Positions 24,001 through 34,199 of a stretch of 64,000 nucleotides of DNA are shown here, piece by piece. Source of the stretch: Chiloscyllium plagiosum (Eukaryota); assembly GCF_004010195.1 (NCBI RefSeq), contig NC_057749.1:16434524-16498523 (forward strand), written 5' to 3'. Both the position numbers and the translations under genes were made by a program. Under the pieces are notes generated by a model, which saw nothing but the letters and a program-made list of their open reading frames with translations, was not told the origin of the DNA and searched no databases. Each line of letters starts with the position of its first letter. Within the stretch, counting starts at the first letter, position 1.

Positions 24001-27000
24001 TGTTGATTTAGAAGAGACTTTATCAATGTAAGACCCAGGAAAGTTTCATGGCAGCCATTGCTGGGTTGTGGCTCATAAACCTGAAATGTCATCGGTTTCG
24101 GTATCCCAGAAATATTAAAACCCCTTTCTGCAACAAATGTTTAAAAGAACATTTTCAAGGAAAAGCACAAGTGACAAGAAATAGTTTCTTTTATTTTCAA
24201 AGAACACATAAGCTTTCATGAACATATATCACATTTCTTATATCTCTTTATGCATAGGGCAACCTGTGTGTACAAAATTTTCACACTGCAATGAGACCAT
24301 CTCACTTCTCGGAGGGAACAAAAGAATGAAACATAGTTAAAAAGTACACATTTGTTTCTGGCAATTAGTAGAAAAGAACACATGTAATTTTATCACAAGT
24401 ATTACTAAAACATTAAAACATACCTCTGCTTGTGAGAGACAACAGACTCTTCAAGACCATTAGCGATCTCGTCAGTCTTTGGATTATGCATAAAACAAAC
24501 ATTCATCCTTCAGTTGCACTAAACAGTAGTATTCACGAAGAGTGAAAAGCGTCAACGTAAAGAAGGAACATGTAGCACAGCAAGGGCAAATCTTGCAACT
24601 CAATCTTTGTTGAAAGTATCCTTACATTTCAGAGGTACACAATAATTCTCATCTTACCCTCTCCTGAGAGCCCCTTCTGCCAAGAGGTCTTCCGCTGCTT
24701 CTCCTCAGAGCATGACTTTGCAGGAAGGCCCAACTGCCCAGACTCATTCCATCCCCAAACATACAAATCTCCTGATGCTAAAGGGATTTAAAAAGAAAAC
24801 ACAAGGACAAATAATGGCAAGTTTTGAATAAATATATTCAGAAACCAGACTTACACATTTAAGTATTGCCAATGGCAGATGTGGGTAAACATCTAGACTT
24901 TATAACAGTTGTGCTTTAGATTCCTGTAATTTCTCAGTTATTCAGAGAGCCTTAACCAACTATGGTACCCCACTGTCATTCCTAAACAACCTATTTTAGA
25001 AACTGCTATTATTGGGTAAATGCATAGTGTTATACTGGAGTATACAGAGCAGAAGGTCCCCTGCTTGATTCTTGCTCTATTCTAAATTAGTTGAGGTAAA
25101 AACAATGACTGCAGATGCTGGAAACCAGATTCTGGATTAGTGGTGCTGGAAGAGCACAGCAATTCAGGCAGCATCCGAGGACAGGCAAAATCGACGTTTC
25201 GGGCAAAAGCCCTTCATCAGGAAAATTAGGTGATCCAAGTAAAGTCATCAGATGGACCTTAGAGAAACAAATCTTAATGCTACTGCTGTAAATGGCCATC
25301 CCTGGCCAATCAGATAAGGACAGGACCTGGCTCAAATGATATGGTTTCCTTAAATGAATACTCAGGCTCACAAATAAGAAGATCACATGAATGAGGCACC
25401 AGGGGTATGAGATGCTCCAGTATGCCTCAATATTTGTAGAGGCACAGGAGAAGAAACCAGGTGAAAAGTTGTTTTGGAACAGTCTTGTAGATGTGACACT
25501 CAGTTTCAGACATAAAGGCAGTGAAGGATAGAACAGGAGCCAAATGCAACAACCAGAGTCTTCTATTTATATTAGGTTAAATGAATCCCCAGTTCAAGTC
25601 CACCAGCTGAATACAATTAAAACACTTGGTTAATATACCATCAACAGCAGGGTCTGCCATCATACATGGAGAAAAGTGACCTTTATCAGCAAGCAGTAGT
25701 GAGGATACTGACATAGTATTCCTATGGGGAAAAGAAACTGCACGACCATTTGTCTCCAGTACTACAAAATACCAGTGTCAGAGAAGGGCGTACGAGAGGA
25801 AGTTCAGGTATCTGTAAATATATTGTAAATGAAGATGCTACTGCAGCAATATACCTTACCACTTGAACTCACAGAATGCCAGCCTCCAGCTGCTACTTCA
25901 GCCATAGCCAGCCCATGTAATGCCTCCACAATACGTGGTTCTGCTTCATCCTCAACACCACCATGTCCCAACTGACCATGCCTGCAAAAATATCACTACA
26001 ATGAAAAACAAGCGTTGTTTCAATATCTTCAACAACCTTCAAGTTCCTTCCCAAAGTAAATCAGTCCCGAGAGGTTTCACAGACAAAAAACAAATCAACA
26101 ATAGCAGGAGTGACACCGTAGCAGAAAAGGTTGATACCGAAAATATTTGTAAAGATAGGAAATACGTAATGATGGATATATTTGGAGAATAGTGTTGAAA
26201 AAGCTGTAAGTTTAGAGAAGGAGATGTACTCTCAGTTAAAATTACCATACAATGCTGTCAATGCTATTTTAACAAAGATCAGAGCACCTATAAAGGTGTG
26301 AAATCAGTTCCATGGTAACAACCACAAAGCATTTTCCAAACTGAAAGCTGTTCAGTTTTCATTTTTTTTCCCCCAGATATTCTCTTTCCCCTAATGCTGG
26401 AGGTGCTTCTGTACTTTTGTAGTGGTGCTCACTGCCCTTCAGTACTTCATGCACAAGTCTGTATAATTAATGCCGGCACGTTATTTCCGCTTGAAATTTT
26501 ATTATGGCCAAGTCCAATGCTGCCAAACCATGTTCACTTTCCAAATGGTTCAGTGGATATTAAACAGCAATTGGAACATTGGCTGGTACTTTTCACCATG
26601 GCCCAAGGGCAGTCATTCAGTGGTTACATCTAACCTTGATCAATCAACTCAGCAGAAACAAGCAAATAAACTAGACCTTGTTTTTATGGTTTTTATTCTG
26701 CAATGGAGCATCAAGAATGCTCATTTTGTGGATTTCACTTAATCAGTTAATGGTATTTTAGATCCAGAATTATTGGATGGCTAAATTTAAGCTGTAACCA
26801 ATCAAATCTACATTTCTTAATCCAAGGCCAAGTTCAATTTTCACATTATTGCTCCTGAGGTCAGGAGCATATTTCCACAAGTCAGGTCAAAATGTACCAG
26901 GTCAAATATCAAACAATGTACAAATGCTTAATGTACAGGATAGTATAATTCAATATCATAACAAAGATTAAATCAAGTACGTACAGAATGAAATAATGGT

Positions 27001-30000
27001 TTGAAAACTGAAGCAGAATTGATCTTAAAGATAAAGTCAATATTAAGTGAATGGGAGATATGGTACAATGATCAGAGCTATTTTCAGAATATCTAACCAT
27101 TACCACTGAAGTTTAACCATATTTAGAGGCTCTAATATCCAAGACAATAACAAGCAATTATATAACACCTTTAATATTATAAAAGATAGAAAGTGACATC
27201 ATGCTATATAAGAAATTTTTAAAATTTACATCAGCTTGTTATGGTCACTAATGACAAATGGGAATTCCATCATCATTTCAAATTTAGGCAAAAAATAGTG
27301 TTTTAACCCACATGGGTCATGCATAGATCCCTTAAGGCTGGGTACAAAAACACATTTGAATAACTAGATTTAAACCAACCTCTTGTTGCTACAGAATCCT
27401 TTTAACAACTGTTATATTGAGTCTAAAATCTAGAATATTAGTCAATAATCTACGAGTACACACACAGCTACAGAGTAAGTCTTACCGTCCTGAGCCCCAG
27501 GAATACACTGTCAAATCACAGTTCAGGAGGACAGCATGCTCACTGCCAAGTGCCAGCTTTTTCGCACGAAGTTGTGGTGACAATGGTTTGTAAAACGGAG
27601 GTGTTGTTGTGACATACCCACCAGGGATCAGTGGAAGTGCTTAGAGGGGGAAAACAGAGGAATAAAATAAGTGTTTTACCTTGTCATTCCCTGGTAATTA
27701 GAAAAACTACCCAAAGTGGCAAAAACATAAAGACCTACTGTCTTCACTGAGTTAATAAATTAATTTGGATGAAACAAAAAGGTGTTTTAATGGAATCTGT
27801 GTTCCTGGGCCAAATAACAGTAACTCAGCCCAAGGTGCCACTCCTCATCATTACCCAGCTCTTCCAATTGCAACACAAAATGTATAGCCGATCAACAACA
27901 GTAAAAGAAGATTAATGTATTCACAAGAAAGTTTCTAAGAGACATGCTACAATTTTACAGCATGTTTAGGTTCTTCTCTTGCTTCTTAAATTAGGGAGAG
28001 TGTAGCAAGTTATAGCACCCCCACCATCTTGGCACAGAATCAGGAACTGTCAGGCCCTGTGACTTGTTATTAATCTCAGCCATGTATTTAACCAGCAAGC
28101 CACATCAGTCAAATTGAATTCTCTTTGAGGAGTAATTTGATCCTGATGCATAAGTCAACTGCACATCTTGATTAATGAGAGGAGAGCACTAAGTCATCTT
28201 CCACTGATTTAAACTGGAGTTGATACATCACCAGGAACCATTCCCAATTAATTCCCTGTTTCCTCATGGCAGAAAAAATAACATTGCAGCATTAACTGTA
28301 TTACAACACTTGCACAGTGGAATCAAATTCAATGTAGAGCGTGTTTATACAACAACTGTACTGAAATTATAAGCAAGTGAATATCCTTTCAAAGATTACA
28401 AATAGAGTTTAAACATTGTTCTCAGCAATGGGATTTTGGGTTGGCTGTTGTACAAAGTACTCAACTTACCTCTACAGGAGATATTGTCACAACACATTAG
28501 CTCTGAATGCAGGAACTGTTTTTCAATGTCCTAATGTGCAGCATACCAATGAATATTAAATATTAATTTAGTTTTAGATACTAGTACTCAATAAATACAT
28601 TAGCTCAATAATTGGGTGTAATTGTTGCAGAACAATGTTATTCATTATCAGTGCCAATGGACACAAACTTACCAAATGTCTTATTCAAGAGCTGCTCTGA
28701 TCAGTGTGTAATTACAAATGACAGCACATTGAACTTCACCTGTGATTTTCCAATTCATGTCACTGTGTAGGCTTCCCCACACAAAGAAAAAGAAAACAAG
28801 CTTACTGCAAATACACAATGTCACTTTAATGGGGGGGAGCCTCATTCACCAGACAAACGCCAGGACAGGTCTAACGTGTCTTGCCAGTAATGTGTTAAAT
28901 TTTACTCTTTTAAACTGAAAGTAAAACTTCCTTGCACTGTTCCCACCAAATACTCCCACGACAAGGACAACACAGGGTTACATACAGAGTAAAACTTTCT
29001 CTACATGTTCCCATCAAACACTCCCAGGACAGAGAGAGTATGAGAGCTGCACAGCAGAGTTCAAGTGGCTTTAAATGGAAGCCAAAAAACAAAAAGCAGC
29101 AAATCTTCTAACTGCCATACTGTAATCACCAGGGATCTATCAACACAGTTATTACCAGTGTTAATTGAAACAAATTTGAAAGGTGAAACAAATTTTACCA
29201 AAGCATGAACCACAGCATCTAATTACAAAAAAAACCCATCCCATTTTAAATTCTTCTATATGTATGTGGTGAGAAATCTATTTGAAGACCCTTAATACTT
29301 AGGAAAATATTGATAAATTGGCAAAAGTCTCTGACTACAAGATTTGATTAACTCAGTTATAGTAATTTGACATTCCTGATGAAGGACTTATGCCCAAAAC
29401 GTCAACTCTCCTGCTCCTCGGATGGTGCCTGACTTGCTATGCTTTACCAGCGCCACACTTTTTGATATAGTAATTAACAGCTCAGTTACACACACTTGAA
29501 AGTTCAATTCCATCTCTGCTGATTGAGTCGGTCTCAGCTGGTACTCAATATTACCACTGACTTGAATTATACTACCTACAAGATGAGGGAAGAAATAGGC
29601 ACATGAAAGAAAAAGTCAGAAGTGTGCTCCAAACCTAGCATCTAGAGACTATACACAGATAGGGCCAAATCACACCTCCAACTGAAACTGAGCCACATGG
29701 GTCAGTACTAATGAACCATTGGCATCTATGTTTACATATATAGCAAGGAAATAGCCCAAGGAGGCAGAAAATGCATGAAAATATTAAAAAAGCAAAAGAG
29801 AGCAGTAGGAATAGGAGTAGGTGAAAGGCTTGTACTGCATTTTACTTACCAACCTGTACATTGCTTTTCCCCTTCCTTCAGCTGCCTCGTCCAAGTCAAG
29901 TCACCCGTGACCTCTCCAGTACAAAGCTTCTGGATATCCCTGCATTCCACTCTATCCTGCCATAACATTAATAAGTACTTCTCAGAGGACAGGATGTCCG

Positions 30001-32811
30001 TGCAATCCTGATGGGCTTGGTTATTAATGCACATCTGTTGCCAAGGGCGACCATCAACAAAGCCGAACAAATAAGTAGATCCATCACCTGAAACAAAACT
30101 GAAATAAGTTAATGAGATGCAACGATTTCTTTGGGTTTATTCTGCCACAAAAAACTAGAATAGAAGATAAAATCATTTAATGATATTAATCTGTAAATCT
30201 GTTTTTTTCCCTTCCCCTGAAAGCATTGATTCAAGCATTTTTCCATTACATTTTTAATGGGCCAACTCTCACCTTAATAGAAGTACTGCTCATTTGCAAG
30301 TGTAATGGGCCAAGATGCAGAAAACATCAGTATTGAAACAAACTGTTGACCAGCTTTAATAAAATTCAATTGGATAAATTTTGTTAGATATGGAGACCAG
30401 GGCATATGAAGTAAAGGCACCATCCCTGAGGAAACACAGGAGCACGATGGCATATTTGGGAACATGTGGCCCTGAGAATCCTCAACATTGTGTCTTGAGG
30501 AACTGGAGTCAATGTCAAACACCATCAAGAAAACCTCATGGCTGCCACTTACCACCCTCCCTTAGCCATCAGGAACTCCTCCACCCTTTGATTTCAAAAA
30601 CAAATGAAGAATAAAAATAAGGAATAAAAGCAAAATACTGCAGAACCTAGAATGCTGAAGCTGGAGAAACTTAGCGGGTCTGGGAATATCTATAGAGTGT
30701 AACAGGGGAGCAGATTAGGCATGATTTTATGGAATTGCAAAGCAGGCTCAAGGGGCTGAATAGCTTACTTATGCACGTTCAGAATTGTTTCTTGTGCATG
30801 CATATAACTTGCAGACTCATGGCTCCGGATGCAAATATTTTCCACCTCAGAATCGCCACAATCACCAGAGACACCCCCTACCTAAGACTCTTCCCCAACT
30901 CACCTGACTCCACCCCTCATTCAGGGCTGAGGGATGGGGCGGAGCTGAGGGAAGAGGCAGGGCTGAGGGGATGGGGCAGGATGTGATAGTTTCCCTATCT
31001 CTGGTCCAGGAGGCCCAGGTTCCAGTCCCACTCTGTCCAGAGGTGTGTCATAAATTCTCTGAAGTTAAAAATCCCACAACACCAGGCTATAGTCCGACAG
31101 GTTTATTAGGAAGCACTAGCTTTCGGAGCGTCGCTCCTTCATCAGGTGGTTGTGGAGCAGGATCATAAGACACAGAATTAATAGCAACAGGAATACAGTG
31201 TGATGTAACTGAAATTATACATCAAAAAATACCTTGATTGTTTGTTAAGTCTCTCATCTGTTAGAATGACAGGCGGTTCTGTGGACATGGGCAAGACTCT
31301 CGGATGGTTTGTTGCCTCCCGGGTGTCAGGGTCCGAGACGTCTCGGACCGTGTCTTCAGAATCCTTAAGGGGGAGGGTGTGCAGCCAGAAGTCGTGGTGC
31401 ACATTGGCCCCAACGACATAGGTAGAAAGAGGGGTGGGGAGGTCATTCAGGAGCTCAGGGAGTTAGGCTGGAAGCTAAAAGCTAGGACGGACAGAGTCGT
31501 CATCTCTGGGTTGTTGCCGGTGCCACATGACAATGAGGCAAGGAATAGGGAGAGAGTGCAGTTGAACACGTGGCTGCAAGGATGGTGTAGGAGGGAGGGC
31601 TTCAGGTATTTGGACAATTGGACTGCATTCTGGGGAAGGTGGGACCTGTACAAGCAGGACGGGTTGCACCTGAACCAGAAGGGCACCAATATCCTGGGAG
31701 GTAAGTTTGCTAGCNNNNNNNNNNNNNNNNNNNNNNNNNNNNNNNNNNNNNNNNNNNNNNNNNNNNNNNNNNNNNNNNNNNNNNNNNNNNNNNNNNNNNN
31801 NNNNNNNNNNNNNNNNNNNNNNNNNNNNNNNNNNNNNNNNNNNNNNNNNNNNNNNNNNNNNNNNNNNNNNNNNNNNNNNNNNNNNNNNNNNNNNNNNNNN
31901 NNNNNNNNNNNNNNNNNNNNNNNNNNNNNNNNNNNNNNNNNNNNNNNNNNNNNNNNNNNNNNNNNNNNNNNNNNNNNNNNNNNNNNNNNNNNNNNNNNNN
32001 NNNNNNNNNNNNNNNNNNNNNNNNNNNNNNNNNNNNNNNNNNNNNNNNNNNNNNNNNNNNNNNNNNNNNNNNNNNNNNNNNNNNNNNNNNNNNNNNNNNN
32101 NNNNNNNNNNNNNNNNNNNNNNNNNNNNNNNNNNNNNNNNNNNNNNNNNNNNNNNNNNNNNNNNNNNNNNNNNNNNNNNNNNNNNNNNNNNNNNNNNNNN
32201 NNNNNNNNNNNNNNNNNNNNNNNNNNNNNNNNNNNNNNNNNNNNNNNNNNNNNNNNNNNNNNNNNNNNNNNNNNNNNNNNNNNNNNNNNNNNNNNNNNNN
32301 NNNNNNNNNNNNNNNNNNNNNNNNNNNNNNNNNNNNNNNNNNNNCCTCCTTTCCCACAGACTCCACCTCCTTTCCCACAGACTCCACCTCCTTTCCCACA
32401 GACCCTGCCTCCTTTCCCAGACCCCACCTCCTTTCCCACAGACTCCGCCTCCTTTCCCACAGACTCCACCTCCTTTACCAAAGACCCCGCCTCCTTTCCC
32501 AGACCCCGCCGATCCCATGAGACTCCACCCCCTTGCCGTGAGGCACCTTCCTTCACCTGAGGCTCACCCCACCCCGTGCCACATGAAGCCCCCGAGTCCG
32601 AACCTCCCAGGCAGGCAGTGTAACTCCAGGCTGGGCTCATCTTCCTCAGGGAGGATCTGTCCGCCGGCCATTGTCCGGCTTTCTCCGGGCTGTGCACGGT
32701 CACCGTGACGGGCTCCAGGACCTTCCCGTCCCCCTCGCGCTCCCTCCGGTTGGCGACCTGCCCGAACTGATTAAACCCGAAGCCAAACCAGCGGCCAGTC
32801 GACGCCGCCAT
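17917..32811 (-). CDS. RCCD1: RCC1 domain-containing protein 1, whole gene span (8 coding exons, 1197 nt, 398 aa)
   Basis: Exons 32811-32604, 30087-29854, 27639-27486, 25981-25860, 24777-24658, 20798-20619, 18520-18491, 18065-17917 splice in frame. [12 protein letters not shown]-terminus and RCC1 repeats ([52 protein letters not shown]); lies next to UNC45A as in human. Confidence 0.92.
18491..18520 (-). CDS. RCCD1: RCCD1 coding exon 7
   Basis: ttttccag|(R)EGNLFTWGW(G)|gtaagt, 30 nt. Confidence 0.9.
19722..19983 (+). mobile_element. HE1-type V-SINE, 5'-truncated
   Basis: V-domain and tail match the 59237 copy. Confidence 0.85.
20619..20798 (-). CDS. RCCD1: RCCD1 coding exon 6
   Basis: ...[34 protein letters not shown]|gtaagt, 180 nt. 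Confidence 0.9.
21500..22900 (+). mobile_element. CR1-clade LINE RT/3' remnant with an internal older Penelope-derived insert (~22160-22335)
   Basis: cagcatggctccatgaaggagaaatca, ttggatttctaaaaggcttttga (LDF.KAFD), NFADD and a CR1-type tail. Confidence 0.7.
23070..23580 (-). mobile_element. CR1-clade LINE 3' remnant
   Basis: ggaacaggagttggccattcagcccatcaagctcc...; reverse complement of a CR1-like 3' end. Confidence 0.6.
24658..24777 (-). CDS. RCCD1: RCCD1 coding exon 5
   Basis: [39 protein letters not shown], 120 nt. Confidence 0.92.
25093..25222 (-). mobile_element. Penelope-derived short insertion (family A) carrying an intact hammerhead core
   Basis: gactgcagatgctgg...cagcatccgagg...tcgacgtttcgggcaaaagcccttcatcagg, flanked by AAATTAG(T/G)TGA direct repeats. 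Confidence 0.75.
25190..25224 (-). ncRNA. Putative minimal type-I hammerhead ribozyme motif
   Basis: Minus strand TTC-CTGATGA-A-GGGC-TTTT-GCCC-GAA-ACGT-C-GA: core boxes, 4-bp stem II, palindromic stem III, GUC cleavage triplet. Stem I is weak. Confidence 0.55.
25860..25981 (-). CDS. RCCD1: RCCD1 coding exon 4
   Basis: [40 protein letters not shown], 122 nt. Confidence 0.95.
27486..27639 (-). CDS. RCCD1: RCCD1 coding exon 3
   Basis: [50 protein letters not shown](R), 154 nt. Confidence 0.92.
28915..29035 (-). repeat. Degenerate monomers of the 69-bp minisatellite family
   Basis: cacagggttacatacagagtaaaactttctctacatgttcccatcaaacactcccaggacag. Confidence 0.65.
29371..29465 (+). mobile_element. 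Penelope-derived short insertion (family A), decayed hammerhead
   Basis: cattcctgatgaaggacttatgcccaaaacgtcaactctcctgctcctcggatgg...; TATAGTAATT on both sides. Confidence 0.65.
29854..30087 (-). CDS. RCCD1: RCCD1 coding exon 2
   Basis: tttcag|[16 protein letters not shown]...EGEKQCT, 234 nt, phase 1-1. Confidence 0.85.
31065..31270 (-). mobile_element. Penelope-derived fragment (family B) carrying an intact hammerhead core
   Basis: caacaccaggctatagtccgacaggtttattaggaagcactagctttcggagcgtcgctccttcatcaggtgg; homologous to the 16256 and 32960 copies. Confidence 0.7.
31114..31148 (-). ncRNA. Putative minimal type-I hammerhead ribozyme motif
   Basis: Minus strand CAC-CTGATGA-A-GGAGC-GAC-GCTCC-GAA-AGCT-A-GTG: 3-bp stem I, 5-bp stem II, palindromic AGCU stem III, CUA cleavage triplet. 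Confidence 0.6.
31270..31714 (+). mobile_element. CR1-clade LINE ORF1 fragment (SGNH/GDSL esterase domain), runs into the gap
   Basis: Uninterrupted reading [12 protein letters not shown]...[11 protein letters not shown]...[10 protein letters not shown]...[36 protein letters not shown], typical of the CR1 ORF1 esterase. Confidence 0.85.
31715..32344. other. Assembly gap (630 N)
   Basis: Run of n characters. Confidence 1.
32345..32510 (+). repeat. 21-bp minisatellite (CCTCCTTTCCCACAGACTCCA)n
   Basis: About 8 imperfect units running into the gap, just downstream of RCCD1 exon 1. Confidence 0.9.
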
Positions 32812-32930
32812 TTCCCGAGGGGCTGCCACCCACCGAATTCACGAAGCTCCAATCGCGCAGACTCAGAAAACACCGCTCAGAGTCCTCACTCCCAGCAGGC
32901 AGCGCGAAACCAAACGACCTCACTCCCAGA
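32560..32930 (-). promoter_or_regulatory. CpG-rich promoter/first-exon region of RCCD1
   Basis: Local GC/CpG enrichment in AT-rich DNA; YY1-like AAATGGCGGC over the ATG. Confidence 0.6.
32604..32811 (-). CDS. RCCD1: RCCD1 coding exon 1
   Basis: [18 protein letters not shown]...[11 protein letters not shown] in a CpG-rich island; donor GAG|GTTCGG, with an alternative in-frame donor at 32568. Confidence 0.8.
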
Positions 32931-32959
32931 ACCCACTGCACTATGCCCACACAATTAGC

Positions 32960-33070
32960 CCAACAGGTTTATTTGGAAGTCGTTGCTAGTGCTTTCAATT
33001 AAACCTGTATCACTATAACCTGGTGTTGTGTGATTTTAACTTTGAACACCTCAGTCCAACACCAAATCAT
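32960..33070. mobile_element. Penelope-derived fragment (family B), degenerate
   Basis: ccaacaggtttatttggaag...gctagtgct...aaacctg...actataacctggtgttgtgtgattttaactttg..cacc.cagtccaacacc. Confidence 0.6.
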
Positions 33071-33834
33071 ATCTTTTTGCAGCAGCTAATTGTAAGTGAC
33101 TTTATTGCTGATTATTTATATAACTGGAAGGAATGTACATGCAAGTGGTGCAGTCTATTCCTTTGCACTTTACAGCCAAATTACAAGATTTGTAAAAAAA
33201 AAGCGACAAGAGGATACAAACTCTGGTACAATATATAGAAATGTTGAATTGCACACAATGCACAATCATCAAATTGAACCAGGATTACACGACACCCTTA
33301 GCCACAAGAACAGCTAAATATATGAATCCTTATTATTACTTTCAAATATTTTGCTTCCCAGTGAATTTATTAATTTGGCAATATATACAATGATAGTGAT
33401 TTTTAAATTGCTGTAAAAATTAATGAACAGAGGGCTCTTGAGGCACTGTTGTCGTGTCCCTACCTGAATCAGGAGACCCAGAATCAGGTTCCAACTACTC
33501 GAGAGGTATGTAATAACATACCTGAACAGGATGATTAGAAAATATCTAAAATCTAGTAAAACATGGATGTGACAGACCTTTTTCTGTTCTTTAATCCTCT
33601 GTCATAACCAATTTTGAGCTTTCCTGGAGATTAATTGTGTGGTGATACAATGTCAATAATCTGATTTACTTTGACCATGAAGTGAGGTCACTGAGCCTTT
33701 TCCTAAACTGATGTACTAATAGAACTTTAACCCCTCGAATTACGTTATTGTTTAGATGCATTGAATGCAGACTGTAAACAAGTTGACAGCCAGTCAGTGA
33801 AATCCCAACCATATTGAACCTTGATAGTTTAAAG

Positions 33835-34181
33835 CTGAAAATGTGTTGCTGGAAAAGCGCAGCAGCTCAGGCAGCATCCAAGGAGCAAGAGAATCGATGT
33901 TTCGGGCATGAGCCCTTCTTCAGGAATGAGCAAAGTGTGCCAAGCAGGCTAAGATAAAAGGTAGGCAGGAGGGGCGTTGGAAATGCGATAGGTGGAAGGA
34001 GGGTGATAGGGTGAGGGTGATAGGGTGAGGGTGATAGGGTGAGGGTGATAGGGTGAGGGTGATAGGGTGAGGGTGATAGGGTGAGGGTGATAGGGTGAGG
34101 GTGATAGGGTGAGGGTGGACTGAGTGTTTCCAGCAACACATTTTCAGCTCTGATCTCCAGCATCTGCAGTTCTCACTTTCT
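33835..34181. mobile_element. Penelope-derived insertion (family A) with inverted ends, hammerhead remnant and 16-bp TSD
   Basis: CCTTGATAGTTTAAAG at 33819-33834 and 34182-34197; agctgaaaatgtgttgctggaaa vs tttccagcaacacattttcagct; minus-strand CTGAAGA-A-GGGC-TCAT-GCCC-GAAACATC at 33896-33923. Confidence 0.8.
34001..34112 (+). repeat. (GGGTGATAGGGTGA)8 perfect tandem repeat, G-quadruplex-prone
   Basis: Eight exact 14-nt units counted. Confidence 0.95.
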
Positions 34182-34199
34182 CCTTGATAGTTTAAAGTC

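Noticed and set aside
24424..24520. Extra RCCD1 exon (donor-like AG|GTATGT at ~24423)
   Set aside because: The available acceptors give stops in the required phase 1; exons 5 and 6 already join in frame.
28672..28765. Exon that could rescue the +4 donor of RCCD1 exon 2
   Set aside because: The reading hits TAA before the donor.
31304..32829. Long 229-460-aa ORFs in the ORF track
   Set aside because: They are artefacts of reading through 630 N and the 21-bp repeat; only the CR1 ORF1 part and RCCD1 exon 1 are real.
34001..34112. Interstitial telomeric repeat
   Set aside because: The units are GGGTGA/GGGTGATA, not TTAGGG, and lie inside the element's own G-rich tract.
33867..34163. SPSPYHPHPITLTL repeat ORFs
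   Set aside because: Translation of the 14-bp tandem repeat inside a mobile-element remnant.
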